A stretch of DNA of 64,000 nucleotides, from IMG/VR virus record IMGVR_UViG_3300030620_000001; one strand, written 5' to 3'. The notes under the pieces are model-generated. The model searched no databases. It saw only the letters and a list, made by a program, of their open reading frames with translations, and was not told the origin of the DNA. This document shows positions 50,849-60,199 of this stretch, piece by piece. The position numbers and the translations under genes were made by a program. Position 1 is the stretch's first letter, and each line of letters opens with the position of its first letter. Source of the DNA: a virus.

Positions 50849-51624
50849 ATTGGACAACGCAAGATTTGACACAACTGCTGCGGTCGAAATACAGCGGTCC
50901 CGTCTGGGCGTTTGCAGCCGAAGTCCCAAACGGGACCGGGTCTGATAAGTCGCGCAGTTGCGACGGTCTGGCAATGTCGCTGTGGCCCAGCAAGGGGCTG
51001 CATCTACACGGCTTTGAAGTCAAGGTGTCGCGGTCGGATTGGCTCAAGGAAATTCAAGACGTGTCAAAGGCTGCTGCGTTCTCGCGATATTGCCACTACT
51101 GGTGGATTGTCGCGCCGAAGGGCGTGCTGAAGATCGAGGAACTACCTGCCGACTGGGGTTGGATGCAGCCCACAGACGCCAGCAATCTGCGCACCAAGCG
51201 ACCGGCGACGCTGACGCAGCCGGAGTTGCCGGACCACGTACTGCTTGCCGGCATCTTTCGCGCGTGCCTGAAGCAATCGGCGAGTGAATCCGCAATTTAT
51301 GCAGCGAATAGAACGGGATTTGCAGCCGGACAAGCTTACACCAAGACGTGTCAGAAGCATGAGCAGACTGTGGAAGTGCAGCGAGCGCAACAGGAGCTGG
51401 GCGCGCTGAAAAAAGCAATTGAAGAATTCGAGCAGGCCAGCGGCATCAAGATTTGCGGGTACGGCGGAAAACAATTGGGGCAACTAGTGGCCGCGGTGCA
51501 GGACGTGGACATCAACCGACTTCGGCAGATACTTGGCCGCGCCGGCAACGAACTGCGCCGCCACGGCGATGCACTCAATGCGACAGTGGCAGCACTTGGG
51601 GAGGCGCAAGACGAAGGGCTTTAG
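50845..51624 (+). CDS. MmcB-like PD-(D/E)xK nuclease family protein
   Basis: CDGLAM...LHGFEVKVSRSDWLKE...YCHYWWIVAP...ELPADWG matches the D...E.K.SR.DF...F....P pattern of the MmcB family. Confidence 0.55.
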   Translation: MNWTTQDLTQLLRSKYSGPVWAFAAEVPNGTGSDKSRSCDGLAMSLWPSKGLHLHGFEVKVSRSDWLKEIQDVSKAAAFSRYCHYWWIVAPKGVLKIEELPADWGWMQPTDASNLRTKRPATLTQPELPDHVLLAGIFRACLKQSASESAIYAANRTGFAAGQAYTKTCQKHEQTVEVQRAQQELGALKKAIEEFEQASGIKICGYGGKQLGQLVAAVQDVDINRLRQILGRAGNELRRHGDALNATVAALGEAQDEGL

Positions 51625-51627
51625 CCA

Positions 51628-52203
51628 ATGACCGAACCAACCGTAATCGAGTTTCTGATCCCAGCCCGGCCCGTGCCCCAGCCACGGCAGCGACACCGAA
51701 TCATCTGGCCGGCTGCGGACCAGATCGGTCGCTTAATGCGGGCTGCGGGCGGGAGGCCGTCTGAATTGCGGCGCCTGCTACAAAAGACGATCCGCACGCA
51801 AAGCTACCAGCCGTCCAAGCATCCAATCAGCGGGTTCAAGGAAGCGTCGAAACTCTCGGCGATCAGCGCGCACACCGGGCCGCCGCTGTCGGGGCCACTC
51901 CATCTGACCGTGGTGTTTCTGTTGCCGCGCCCGCAGTCGATCACATGGAAGACCAAACCCATGCCGGCGATCTGGCACGAGAAGGAAAACGCTGACGCCG
52001 ACAATCTGGTCAAGGGGATCAAGGACGCACTGACCGGGGTTCTGTGGGGCGGCGACGGTCAGGTTTGTATCGAGCGGACGGCCAAGGTCGTCTGTAGCGG
52101 GGACTGGTCGCCCTGTGCGCTGGTGCGCGTCGAGGTGATTCGCCAGCTGCCGCGACTGCCTCTGTGGGCCGCTTCATTGATTGAGCGGGAGGTGGCGGTT
52201 TGA
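51628..52203 (+). CDS. rusA: RusA-family Holliday junction resolvase
   Basis: PARPVPQPRQR ... LLPRP ... DADNLVKGIKDALTGVLWGGDGQV. Confidence 0.75.
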   Translation: MTEPTVIEFLIPARPVPQPRQRHRIIWPAADQIGRLMRAAGGRPSELRRLLQKTIRTQSYQPSKHPISGFKEASKLSAISAHTGPPLSGPLHLTVVFLLPRPQSITWKTKPMPAIWHEKENADADNLVKGIKDALTGVLWGGDGQVCIERTAKVVCSGDWSPCALVRVEVIRQLPRLPLWAASLIEREVAV

Positions 52204-52240
52204 CCATCCAGCAAGTTCTCAATAACGAAAGGAATGAAGC

Positions 52241-53122
52241 ATGACGAAGGTATCGGCTCCCTTGAAATGGCATGGCGGTAAGTCCTATCTCGCTAAATGG
52301 ATTGTTTCTCTTATGCCAGAACGCTGCCGAACGCCGAACAGCCCGTCGAAAGGCGACAAAGGGTGGGTTGCATACGTCGAACCGTTTTTCGGCGGCGGCG
52401 CGGTGTTGTTCGCAAATGACCCCGAAGGAATTTCCGAAGTGGTCAATGATTTGAGTGGAACGTTAATCAACTTCTGGAGAGTGCTGTGTGGCGACAGCAC
52501 CAGGGAGGAGCTGATTCGCATCTTGCACTTTACGCCGGTCGCATTCGATGAGTGGCGTTATTCGGTCGAGTATTTTGAATCGTTTTGTCAGGATGAACTC
52601 AACGCGCCCTTTCAGAACATACCGTTGGCAGCAGAGTTCTTCACCCGCTACCGCCAATCCCGACAAGGTCTCGGAAAAGACTTCGCCACCCTGTCAAGAA
52701 ACCGTACACGTCGCGGCATGAACGAACAAGTATCCGCGTGGCTCAGCGCGATTGACGGACTGCCGGAAATTCACGAGCGGCTGAAGCGAGTGGTGATCCT
52801 CAACAACGATGCCATGAAGGTTATCAGGCAGCAAGACGGGCCTCGCACTCACTTCTACTGCGACCCGCCGTACTTACACGAGACACGCACAACGACCAGC
52901 GAGTACGGCGACCACGAAATGACGATCGAACAGCACGTGGCACTATTGGAAACGCTGAAGTTAGTCAAGGGCACGTTTCAATTAAGTGGATATTCAAGCG
53001 ACTTGTACGCGGACTTCGCAAAGCGTGCTGGCTGGTCCTGCGTCACGAAGGAAATTGACAACAAAGCCAGCAGTAAAAAGACCAAGGATAAAGAACTGGA
53101 ATGCTTGTGGATGAATTACTAG
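52241..53122 (+). CDS. dam: DNA N6-adenine methyltransferase (Dam/D12 class)
   Basis: PLKWHGGKSYLAKWI, YVEPFFGGGAV, NDLSGTLINFW and FYCDPPYLH. Confidence 0.85.
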   Translation: MTKVSAPLKWHGGKSYLAKWIVSLMPERCRTPNSPSKGDKGWVAYVEPFFGGGAVLFANDPEGISEVVNDLSGTLINFWRVLCGDSTREELIRILHFTPVAFDEWRYSVEYFESFCQDELNAPFQNIPLAAEFFTRYRQSRQGLGKDFATLSRNRTRRGMNEQVSAWLSAIDGLPEIHERLKRVVILNNDAMKVIRQQDGPRTHFYCDPPYLHETRTTTSEYGDHEMTIEQHVALLETLKLVKGTFQLSGYSSDLYADFAKRAGWSCVTKEIDNKASSKKTKDKELECLWMNY

Positions 53123-53229
53123 ACCCCGCACAGCAAACCCTATTTGAATAACCACGATCCAGCCAACTTGGACATCCGACAATCAGACGGAGCTATTTTG
53201 AACCCCCCTTTTTGAAAGCGAGGAAGACG

Positions 53230-53688
53230 ATGGCTAAGAAACGCTACCGAGTAGACTTTGGCAACGTCACGCTGGGCGACGGCACGGCGCGGGTAGGGAT
53301 CAAATTGAGCCGCGCGCTCACCACACTTGAGGAAGCGGACGGCCATTTCTGCAGCCGGCGATTGACCGGCGAAATCATGGTGCTTAAGGAAGGCGAGGAT
53401 CCGACGCAGAAGACGATCGCCAACGACGTGCGGCACACGGTCAAGGGCGTTTTCGATGTGAAATCGTTCCTGGTCAAGACCGAGTACCTGAGCTTCGGGC
53501 TGGCCTTCAGCATCCAGGATATCAACCCCGGCGAACTGTCATTCTTCGCGAAGAAGTCGGGCATGTTGACGATTGGCGCGGTGGAGGACTTGGACGGCGC
53601 CGATCCCGGACCCGATGAGGGCGAAGAGGAAGGCGAAGAGGATACCGAAGAGTACAACCCGCTCAGCCTGGAAGAGGCGGTGTCCTGA
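53230..53688 (+). CDS. Hypothetical protein with acidic tail (152 aa)
   Basis: ATG at 53230 with an AGGAAG Shine-Dalgarno sequence. Confidence 0.55.
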   Translation: MAKKRYRVDFGNVTLGDGTARVGIKLSRALTTLEEADGHFCSRRLTGEIMVLKEGEDPTQKTIANDVRHTVKGVFDVKSFLVKTEYLSFGLAFSIQDINPGELSFFAKKSGMLTIGAVEDLDGADPGPDEGEEEGEEDTEEYNPLSLEEAVS

Positions 53689-53867
53689 TGTCCAGCGCGA
53701 AAGTGCGCTGCCCGAAGTGCAATCGTCAGTATCCGCAACAGCGGCCGGACACGATCTACTGGTGCAACCATTGCCGCTGCCAGTTCGATGACGATCCCGA
53801 CGAGGGTGGTGATTACTCCGACCGCAACCCGTCGGCGCGAATAGAAAGACAAGAACGGAGGCGGTAA
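53688..53867 (+). CDS. Zinc-ribbon protein (59 aa)
   Basis: TGATG overlap with the upstream gene. CPKC...CNHCRC. Confidence 0.45.
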   Translation: MSSAKVRCPKCNRQYPQQRPDTIYWCNHCRCQFDDDPDEGGDYSDRNPSARIERQERRR

Positions 53868-53965
53868 GCGAACCAATCACGTCCACCCCCGGCTCGCTTA
53901 TTTAACGACGGGCTGGCTGGGGGTGGCCTTATGAAATTACCACCCGAACAGCATGGAGATAACCA

Positions 53966-54667
53966 ATGCGACGCACAATCGGAAGTATCATTAACCCGTC
54001 CTGGAGCTACGATCTTGAGGCGAGCCTGCGGGCGCATCGTATGCTCGTCAAACGGTCACTCGATTCCAAGTGGCGATTCAAGAACCAGTGGGTTACGACG
54101 GGGCCGCTTGAAACCCTGATGGGATTTCACAGTTGCGGTTCGTCGTATGGTTCGACGAGTTGGTGCACGCTCGGGCTGTACGTGCGCGACGGTTACGAGT
54201 CCATGACGGCTACGCTCAACAAGAACATTTTGAAGGCGCTTTGCTCCTATCCGGCTTTCGGAAGTTTGGCCGAGTGCATTCCAGATCAAGAACTACTGCA
54301 TTGCGATGAAGCTGTGCAAGCGCTGAACCGCTACGACTGCTCGCGCACGAGGGAACAGATGAACAGATACCACAAGCGCGCTAGGTTGGTCAAAAACGTC
54401 AGACTGGCATGTTGCGATTCATGTGTGTGCCTCAGCGCGGATGTCAGCTTCAATACGAAGCCCACCGAAAGCCGATGGGATTTGTACCAGCTCGCAGACG
54501 AGGAGCCGCCCATTTGGAATGAGCGTCTGCGATTGCGGACGTGGCTTGCGCGTGCGGAGAAGTCGCTTGGAAAATTTGTTCATCCAAAAAACAGCCCGCG
54601 CACGAAACGTGGCAGAGCTTTTGACCCGACCAGCGCCTCGTGCGCTGGCGGGCGAGGAGGAAGATGA
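53966..54667 (+). CDS. Hypothetical Cys-rich protein (233 aa)
   Basis: Track ORF. Confidence 0.5.
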   Translation: MRRTIGSIINPSWSYDLEASLRAHRMLVKRSLDSKWRFKNQWVTTGPLETLMGFHSCGSSYGSTSWCTLGLYVRDGYESMTATLNKNILKALCSYPAFGSLAECIPDQELLHCDEAVQALNRYDCSRTREQMNRYHKRARLVKNVRLACCDSCVCLSADVSFNTKPTESRWDLYQLADEEPPIWNERLRLRTWLARAEKSLGKFVHPKNSPRTKRGRAFDPTSASCAGGRGGR

Positions 54668-55044
54668 TGAGCACAACCACTACCATAACAAACGACGACA
54701 TTGAGCATGGCGAAGGCGGTGAATGCTCGCGGTGTCCAGTGGCACTGGCCCTGGCGAGGTCATTTTCAGACCACATCCCGTGGGTGGTTGTGGATCGTTT
54801 TGAACTTATTCCGCGCTGTGCAGCGACGCACCTCCCGTTTGCAGGCGACCTTCCATTTGAGGTTGGCGATTTTATCACGCGCTTCGACGAGCTTTTCGCT
54901 TGGGACGCCTGCGAGACAGAAGAGGATATCCAAGACTTCTTGGAGAAGCATGATTACGACCTGGACGAACCCTACGAACCAGAATACGTGGAGCCATTCT
55001 CGTTCGAGCTTGAGGTCGAGGTGAACGATTTGGTACGGCGGTAG
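54664..55044 (+). CDS. Hypothetical acidic protein (126 aa)
   Basis: ATGA overlap with the upstream gene. CSRCPVALALAR motif. Confidence 0.5.
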   Translation: MMSTTTTITNDDIEHGEGGECSRCPVALALARSFSDHIPWVVVDRFELIPRCAATHLPFAGDLPFEVGDFITRFDELFAWDACETEEDIQDFLEKHDYDLDEPYEPEYVEPFSFELEVEVNDLVRR

Positions 55045-55068
55045 CGCACGGCACCAGCAACAGGATCC

Positions 55069-56061
55069 ATGAGGTGCATGATGGCTGACAAAACCAAAAT
55101 AGCTTGGACCAACTCTACCTGGAATCCAATCCGCAACCACGAAACCGGCGGCATCGGTCACTACTGTCGCAAGGTCAGTCCCGGCTGCGCGCACTGCTAT
55201 GCAGAACGGATGCAGCCGCGCTTCAAGAACAAAATCAAGTATAACGCGGCGGACTTCGACAAGGGCGAACTGTTCCTGGACGAGAACGTCCTGACGCAAC
55301 CGCTGCGGTGGAAGCGTCCGCGTATGGTGTTTGTCTGTTCGATGACCGACTTGTTCGGCGAGTTCGTGCCGTTTGAGTTCATCGACAAGGTATTTGCCGT
55401 GATGGCTCTTTGTCCGCAGCATCGGTTTCAAGTGCTGACAAAGCGGCCGGAGCGGATGGCTGAGTATTTTCGTGCAACGTGGACTGTTAAGTCTGTCCCG
55501 GCCTTTTTGGGTAGCGAAACAGAAACCTTTGACCGTCGTGGAGCGATCCAGATAAGAGCAAATGGAATGCTGCATCGGGGTCCAGGCGGACGAAAAATCG
55601 AAGGTGCGTATCACGCAACTGATATCTGGCCGCTCCCCAACGCCTGGCTCGGCACTTCCTGCGAAAACCAGGAACAAGCCAACGCCCGTATTCCGTGGCT
55701 GCTGAAATGTCCGGCGGCGGTTCGATTCCTGAGTGCCGAGCCGCTGTTGGAGGGAATTGACTTTCGGATGGAGCCACTGTCAATCGGCTATGTCGAAAAC
55801 ATTCCAACAGGACTGGAAGGCGGTTCTCCACTGGATTGGATAATCATCGGCAACGAATCCCGCGGCTCGCGAGTCGGCCGTCTACCCAACAACAGCGAAC
55901 TCGGCTACTGGAACGCCGCCGAGTCCATCGTTCAGCAATGCGCCCCCGCCGGCGTGGCGTGCTTTGTGAAGCAGGGTCCGCGCGACGGCCGCACTGTCCA
56001 CGACCTCGAATCCTTCCCGCCGAGTTGCCGCGTTCGGGAGTGGCCCCAACCAACGGAGTGA
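55069..56061 (+). CDS. Phage Gp37/Gp68 family protein (DUF5131)
   Basis: KIAWTNSTWNPIRN...CRKVSPGCAHCYAE ... VFVCSMTDLF ... FLSAEPLL ... DWIIIG is the characteristic family signature. The start may be ATG 55078 or 55081. Confidence 0.8.
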   Translation: MRCMMADKTKIAWTNSTWNPIRNHETGGIGHYCRKVSPGCAHCYAERMQPRFKNKIKYNAADFDKGELFLDENVLTQPLRWKRPRMVFVCSMTDLFGEFVPFEFIDKVFAVMALCPQHRFQVLTKRPERMAEYFRATWTVKSVPAFLGSETETFDRRGAIQIRANGMLHRGPGGRKIEGAYHATDIWPLPNAWLGTSCENQEQANARIPWLLKCPAAVRFLSAEPLLEGIDFRMEPLSIGYVENIPTGLEGGSPLDWIIIGNESRGSRVGRLPNNSELGYWNAAESIVQQCAPAGVACFVKQGPRDGRTVHDLESFPPSCRVREWPQPTE

Positions 56062-56065
56062 GCGC

Positions 56066-56284
56066 ATGGGCAAAAACCTGCAATTCAAACATGGCGATAT
56101 CGTTCGCATCGGGCGAGGTCGCCGCGCCATCCGCCTGGAATTCCGCCGCTTCCGCAGCCGCTGGACCGTGGCGATAACCGCGCCGCTAAAGGACCAGATT
56201 CGCTACGCCAAGCGCCGCCGGTTTCGAGGTGCGCTTGACAGGCGGGCGCATCGGCGCATAAAATACCCACGATCAAAGGCTTAG
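56066..56284 (+). CDS. Small basic protein, possibly a divergent CsrA-like fold
   Basis: LQFKHGDIVRIGRGRRAIRLEF...RWTVAITAPLKDQIRY parallels CsrA L.L.R..GE...IG..I.I.V.....V.IGI.AP....I.R. Judged by eye only. Confidence 0.4.
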   Translation: MGKNLQFKHGDIVRIGRGRRAIRLEFRRFRSRWTVAITAPLKDQIRYAKRRRFRGALDRRAHRRIKYPRSKA

Positions 56285-56342
56285 CTTTCGTGGCGACGCC
56301 CCCCCGCAGCGTTTACGTTGGTCCGGGGAACGGCTAGGGAAT

Positions 56343-56450
56343 GAGCCCCTGGCGAACTTCGTGTGCAATTGACTATTGCGCATGAGGAGTGCCAGGGGCT
56401 CGCTTCAGTTCTTGGCACTTCTCATGGGCAACCACCACAGGAGAAGTGCC
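56343..56450 (+). promoter_or_regulatory. Structured leader (two nested-type hairpins; the second sequesters the Shine-Dalgarno sequence)
   Basis: GAGCCCCTGGC (56343-56353) pairs with GCCAGGGGCTC (56391-56401). GGCACTTCTC (56414-56423) pairs with GAGAAGTGCC (56441-56450), overlapping ACAGGAGA and ending 1 nt before the ATG at 56452. Confidence 0.5.
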
Positions 56451-56451
56451 A

Positions 56452-56910
56452 ATGTCCGACGAAACAACCACCCTAGCGTTCGGCGACCGCATCCGCCAAT
56501 TCTTCAACCTCTTCGCGCTGTTGTTCCGCGTCGACCTGTCCAAGCTCAACGACCTTTGGAATGTGCTGAACGCAATCAAGTCTGCGCCGGACACCCGCAC
56601 GCGCATCGATAGAATCTTCGACGCCGCCAAGTTGGCGGCCACGTTCAGCGCCACCGAAGTTGACGACCAACTCGTCTCGAGCATCGACAAATTCGCCAGC
56701 CCGGAACTGCGCGACATACTCGCGGCGCTAGTCGATATGTACCTGGACCCGCAGTCGGCAAGTATCCAAAGTTCGCCCAGCGAAGCGCAGGCGGCCGTCG
56801 TTGAAGCTGCCGGGATATCGTGGCTTGAACTGCTGGAGTGGGCGAAGCTGATTGCCGAGTTGCTGCGGACGTTCTTTGGCGGCGGTCAGCGGCAAGCGGA
56901 GGGCGCGTGA
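56452..56910 (+). CDS. Hypothetical protein (152 aa)
   Basis: ATG at 56452 after the ACAGGAGAAGTGCCA leader. Confidence 0.55.
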   Translation: MSDETTTLAFGDRIRQFFNLFALLFRVDLSKLNDLWNVLNAIKSAPDTRTRIDRIFDAAKLAATFSATEVDDQLVSSIDKFASPELRDILAALVDMYLDPQSASIQSSPSEAQAAVVEAAGISWLELLEWAKLIAELLRTFFGGGQRQAEGA

Positions 56911-57116
56911 TGCAAAAAATCATTTCCATTTTCCAGCGAAACGACGACGGCGCTCCCATCGAACAACCCGAACCAGAAATCGAAGCGGCATGTGGTGAAC
57001 CGGAGACCGTTCAGATACGTGACGCGAAAGACCAGAACAACGGTTACTTGGAAGAATACCAGTGCGGTTGCATCGGCAATCGCGGCTGGCGATGCCCTGT
57101 TCACGGAGCGCCATAA
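56910..57116 (+). CDS. Hypothetical Cys-containing protein (68 aa)
   Basis: TGATG overlap with the upstream gene. Confidence 0.45.
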   Translation: MQKIISIFQRNDDGAPIEQPEPEIEAACGEPETVQIRDAKDQNNGYLEEYQCGCIGNRGWRCPVHGAP

Positions 57117-57368
57117 ATGAAACATTTTGCACTCGCGTTCTGCCTAGCGATGTTCGTTGGCTGCCAAGAGCCGCAAGAGCCGAACTACGGCAGAGTCACA
57201 ATCATCGGGCACACGGACTGGGATCTGATGCACGGTCGAGACGTTATCGGCTCCGGAGTCGATACGATCGTGCAGGCACCGGACGGCAAGCGCTACCGCC
57301 TGAAAACATACTGCGGCGACGTCGGCAGCGAGTTTGTCGTGAACCTCAATAAGGTGCGGGAGCTATGA
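57117..57368 (+). CDS. Lipoprotein (83 aa)
   Basis: Signal peptide MKHFALAFCLAMFVGC with a lipobox Cys. Confidence 0.65.
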   Translation: MKHFALAFCLAMFVGCQEPQEPNYGRVTIIGHTDWDLMHGRDVIGSGVDTIVQAPDGKRYRLKTYCGDVGSEFVVNLNKVREL

Positions 57369-57580
57369 CGGACTCGTTTGCTGTCATACCTCCCGGCGGT
57401 CTGTTTATGTGCGAAGGAAACCTTTACGTGAAACCGCAAAGCGACATTCGCCAGCACCCAGCGCGCCGCAACTTCCGGCACGCATTCCGGCTGTGTCCTG
57501 CGGATGACGTGTTCATCGGAAAAAACAGCAACTGCGAGCAGGTTGGTTTGCAGAACGTGTTGGAGGGACGGAAGACATGA
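57365..57580 (+). CDS. Hypothetical protein (71 aa)
   Basis: ATGA overlap with the upstream gene. Confidence 0.4.
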   Translation: MTDSFAVIPPGGLFMCEGNLYVKPQSDIRQHPARRNFRHAFRLCPADDVFIGKNSNCEQVGLQNVLEGRKT

Positions 57581-57665
57581 GTTGAGGAATGGGTACGCAT
57601 CGAAACTTACCGGAGACCGTGAAGTGACGCAGCACGAATACACCCTCCCGCCGTGGTCCCGATGC

Positions 57666-58667
57666 ATGACGGCCGGTGTCTTTAGCGACGCCGAGCTAGA
57701 TTGGGGTCAGCGGCACTTGAAGATCCCCGACGCCTGGAAAGTCAGTCGCGGTGCTGGTATCAAGGTGGCGGTGCTGGACACTGGTTGCGATGTGAACCAC
57801 CCCGACCTGGTCGGGCAGGTCATCGCCGAGCGCAACTTCACAGACTCGCCCTATCCGGACGTTACGGACAAACATCGGCACGGCACGCACGTCTCCGGCA
57901 TCATCGCTGCCAAAGAGAATGACCGCGGCAACGTCGGCGACGCTCCGGACCTCGGCCAGAACGGCGGCGGATTGCTCATCGGGAAAGTGTTGAGCGACGA
58001 CGGCAGCGGTCGCATGGACTGGATTGCGGATGGTATTCGGTGGGCGGTTGCGCGCGGTGCAGAAATTATCAACATGAGCCTGGGCAGTCCGCAGTACAAC
58101 GCCGGACTGCATAAAGCCATCAAGGAAGCCGACGAAGCGGGCGTGCTGTTGATTGTGGCCGCTGGAAATTCGGGGCAAGATTCGCTCCCGCAGCACCCAG
58201 CCGCGGTGCTGGAAACCATCTCGGTTGCCGCCTACACCGAGCGCGGGACAATCGCAGACTTCTCGTCTTGGGGCTCTTATGTTGACATTGCCGCACCCGG
58301 CGAAAATGTACTTTCGTGCTGGCCCGGTGGTCAGTACATGCGGCTGTCCGGCACAAGCATGGCATCGCCTCAGTTGGCCGGCATTGCCGCGCTGATTCTC
58401 TCCGCGAACAAAGCAGCCGGTCGCCCCAAGCTAACGCGGCGCGGGCTGCGCGACTTGTTGCGAGACACTGCCGACGACTTGGGATCGCCCGGCAAAGACG
58501 ACGCCAGCGGCTGGGGCTTAATCAATCCGTCGAAGGTTGTCCTGCCTCTCGACAAACCAGCGACACCCCAACCAAAACTCTACCTCGGCGGCACGGTCGC
58601 CGTAGGAGCGAATCACCCGCGGCCGTTGCTGTCGATTGGATTGCCGGTGAAGGAGGGGGCCAATTGA
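57666..58667 (+). CDS. Subtilisin-like (S8) serine protease
   Basis: VAVLDTGCDVNHPDL (Asp), HGTHVSGIIAA (His) and SGTSMASPQLAG (Ser). The start is uncertain, with the track ORF open from 57504 and a TTG at 57582. No signal peptide is evident. Confidence 0.85.
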   Translation: MTAGVFSDAELDWGQRHLKIPDAWKVSRGAGIKVAVLDTGCDVNHPDLVGQVIAERNFTDSPYPDVTDKHRHGTHVSGIIAAKENDRGNVGDAPDLGQNGGGLLIGKVLSDDGSGRMDWIADGIRWAVARGAEIINMSLGSPQYNAGLHKAIKEADEAGVLLIVAAGNSGQDSLPQHPAAVLETISVAAYTERGTIADFSSWGSYVDIAAPGENVLSCWPGGQYMRLSGTSMASPQLAGIAALILSANKAAGRPKLTRRGLRDLLRDTADDLGSPGKDDASGWGLINPSKVVLPLDKPATPQPKLYLGGTVAVGANHPRPLLSIGLPVKEGAN

Positions 58668-58690
58668 TCCGTGGATAGTGTGGTGGCAGA

Positions 58691-60199
58691 TTGCGGTGGC
58701 TTTGGCGGCCTTGTTTGTTTTGGACCGGATCATCGCGAACCAGTGGCGTCGAGAAAATCGAAGACGAAAGAGCAGCAGTGACAGACCAATCACCCATGAC
58801 CGCAGCTCAAGCGGCGGAACTGATACGGATCGGAGCGCAGATTCGTAATGCGCTACGACTGCTCGCAATGCTGGTGGGCGTGCTGATTGTGATGTCGATG
58901 GCGAACCTGATGCCCGCCAGCGCGGCAACGCAAGCCGACCGGGAAGCGGCTATCCATGACCGCCGCCACCTGGACCAGGCCGCGTTGCTGCACACCTACT
59001 ACTTCACGGTCTCGGACGCACCTTTGAATCAGCGCGAGGCCATCGCGCGGCAACTCGCGTTCGTCGCGTCGTCCGTCAGTCGGCAGCCGGTCTTGGACTA
59101 CACGATTCCCTACAACTTGCCGGGAACAAACCTGTTCCGCATCGATCTGCGACTATTGAAATGGGACCGCCACGACTTTGCGGGAATCCTGAAACAGCGT
59201 TATCCCTACGACCCTGTAAACGTGAATCCGCTGGTGATTTCCGCCAAGTGGTTTGTCGTCGAAGCGACGGATGCGAATGCGTCGGACACCTATTACCGGT
59301 TGCTGTACGGTGGGCGGAAGATTCCGAAAACACTCGATGACTTCTTGAACTTCTGGGGCGTGGACAGTCGCCAAGTGCAACTCCGGTTCGGACTCATCGA
59401 GGGCAATAGCGGAGTTAGCAAGCAGCGCATCCGCTGGATCGAGAACCGGCCAATCGTGCGCGGTTACGCTTGGGGCACGCGGGACTTCTTTGAGATTAAG
59501 CCCGGCAGCGATCCGTTGGAGCAACCGGCTGGCGACTTCAAGTACGACGCGGGCGAGTGGATTTTAGGAGTTCCGAAGGTCTCGCTGCTGCATCAAGTCC
59601 GCTGCAATGGGCAGGTCTATTTTCTGGAAAACGGTGCTGGCAAGCGCATCGACAAAGCGGACGGCGACCTGGTCGAAGACGCCACGCACTACCGCGGCTA
59701 CTCGCAAATCCGCACGTCGGGCAGTTGCATCCAATGCCACGTCGAAGGACTGAACCCGCCGACCGTCAATGAATTCAAAAGCATCATCGTCCAAGGCGTG
59801 GACGTCTACGCGGACCCGCTCACGCAAGAAGCGCTCGACCGTTTCCACGGCGGCAGTATCGGCAAAGACCTGGCCCGCAACAGCGAGGATTACTCGACCT
59901 TCGTCAAGGCGTGCAACGGACTGGCACCGAAAGACAACGCCACTGAATTCAAGACGGTCGTCGATCGCTACGACAAGGACGTCGATGCAGCTCAGGCCGC
60001 TTTGGAACTGGGCGATATCACTGCCGTGGAGTTCCGGCTTGCGTTGGCGTTCGCATCGGCAAGGGGAATCAGCATCGGCACGCGCTTATCCGGCCTGGAA
60101 AGAGACGTCGCCATCCCGCGCACGTCCTGGGAAGCAAGTTACCCGCTCGCGTTTGCGGCTACCAAACTTTGGAGAGAATCGAAACGAGGTCAAAAATGA
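58691..60199 (+). CDS. Membrane-anchored protein with single CxxCH haem-binding motif
   Basis: Hydrophobic anchor LLAMLVGVLIVMSMANLMPASA, then ~400 aa containing SGSCIQCHVEG. The alternative start is ATG 58796. Confidence 0.55.
   Translation: MRWLWRPCLFWTGSSRTSGVEKIEDERAAVTDQSPMTAAQAAELIRIGAQIRNALRLLAMLVGVLIVMSMANLMPASAATQADREAAIHDRRHLDQAALLHTYYFTVSDAPLNQREAIARQLAFVASSVSRQPVLDYTIPYNLPGTNLFRIDLRLLKWDRHDFAGILKQRYPYDPVNVNPLVISAKWFVVEATDANASDTYYRLLYGGRKIPKTLDDFLNFWGVDSRQVQLRFGLIEGNSGVSKQRIRWIENRPIVRGYAWGTRDFFEIKPGSDPLEQPAGDFKYDAGEWILGVPKVSLLHQVRCNGQVYFLENGAGKRIDKADGDLVEDATHYRGYSQIRTSGSCIQCHVEGLNPPTVNEFKSIIVQGVDVYADPLTQEALDRFHGGSIGKDLARNSEDYSTFVKACNGLAPKDNATEFKTVVDRYDKDVDAAQAALELGDITAVEFRLALAFASARGISIGTRLSGLERDVAIPRTSWEASYPLAFAATKLWRESKRGQK

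Noticed and set aside
53883-53926. CCACCCCC...GGGGGTGG inverted repeat after the zinc-ribbon gene, considered as a terminator
   Set aside because: The loop is about 28 nt and there is no U-tract, so the evidence is too weak to annotate.
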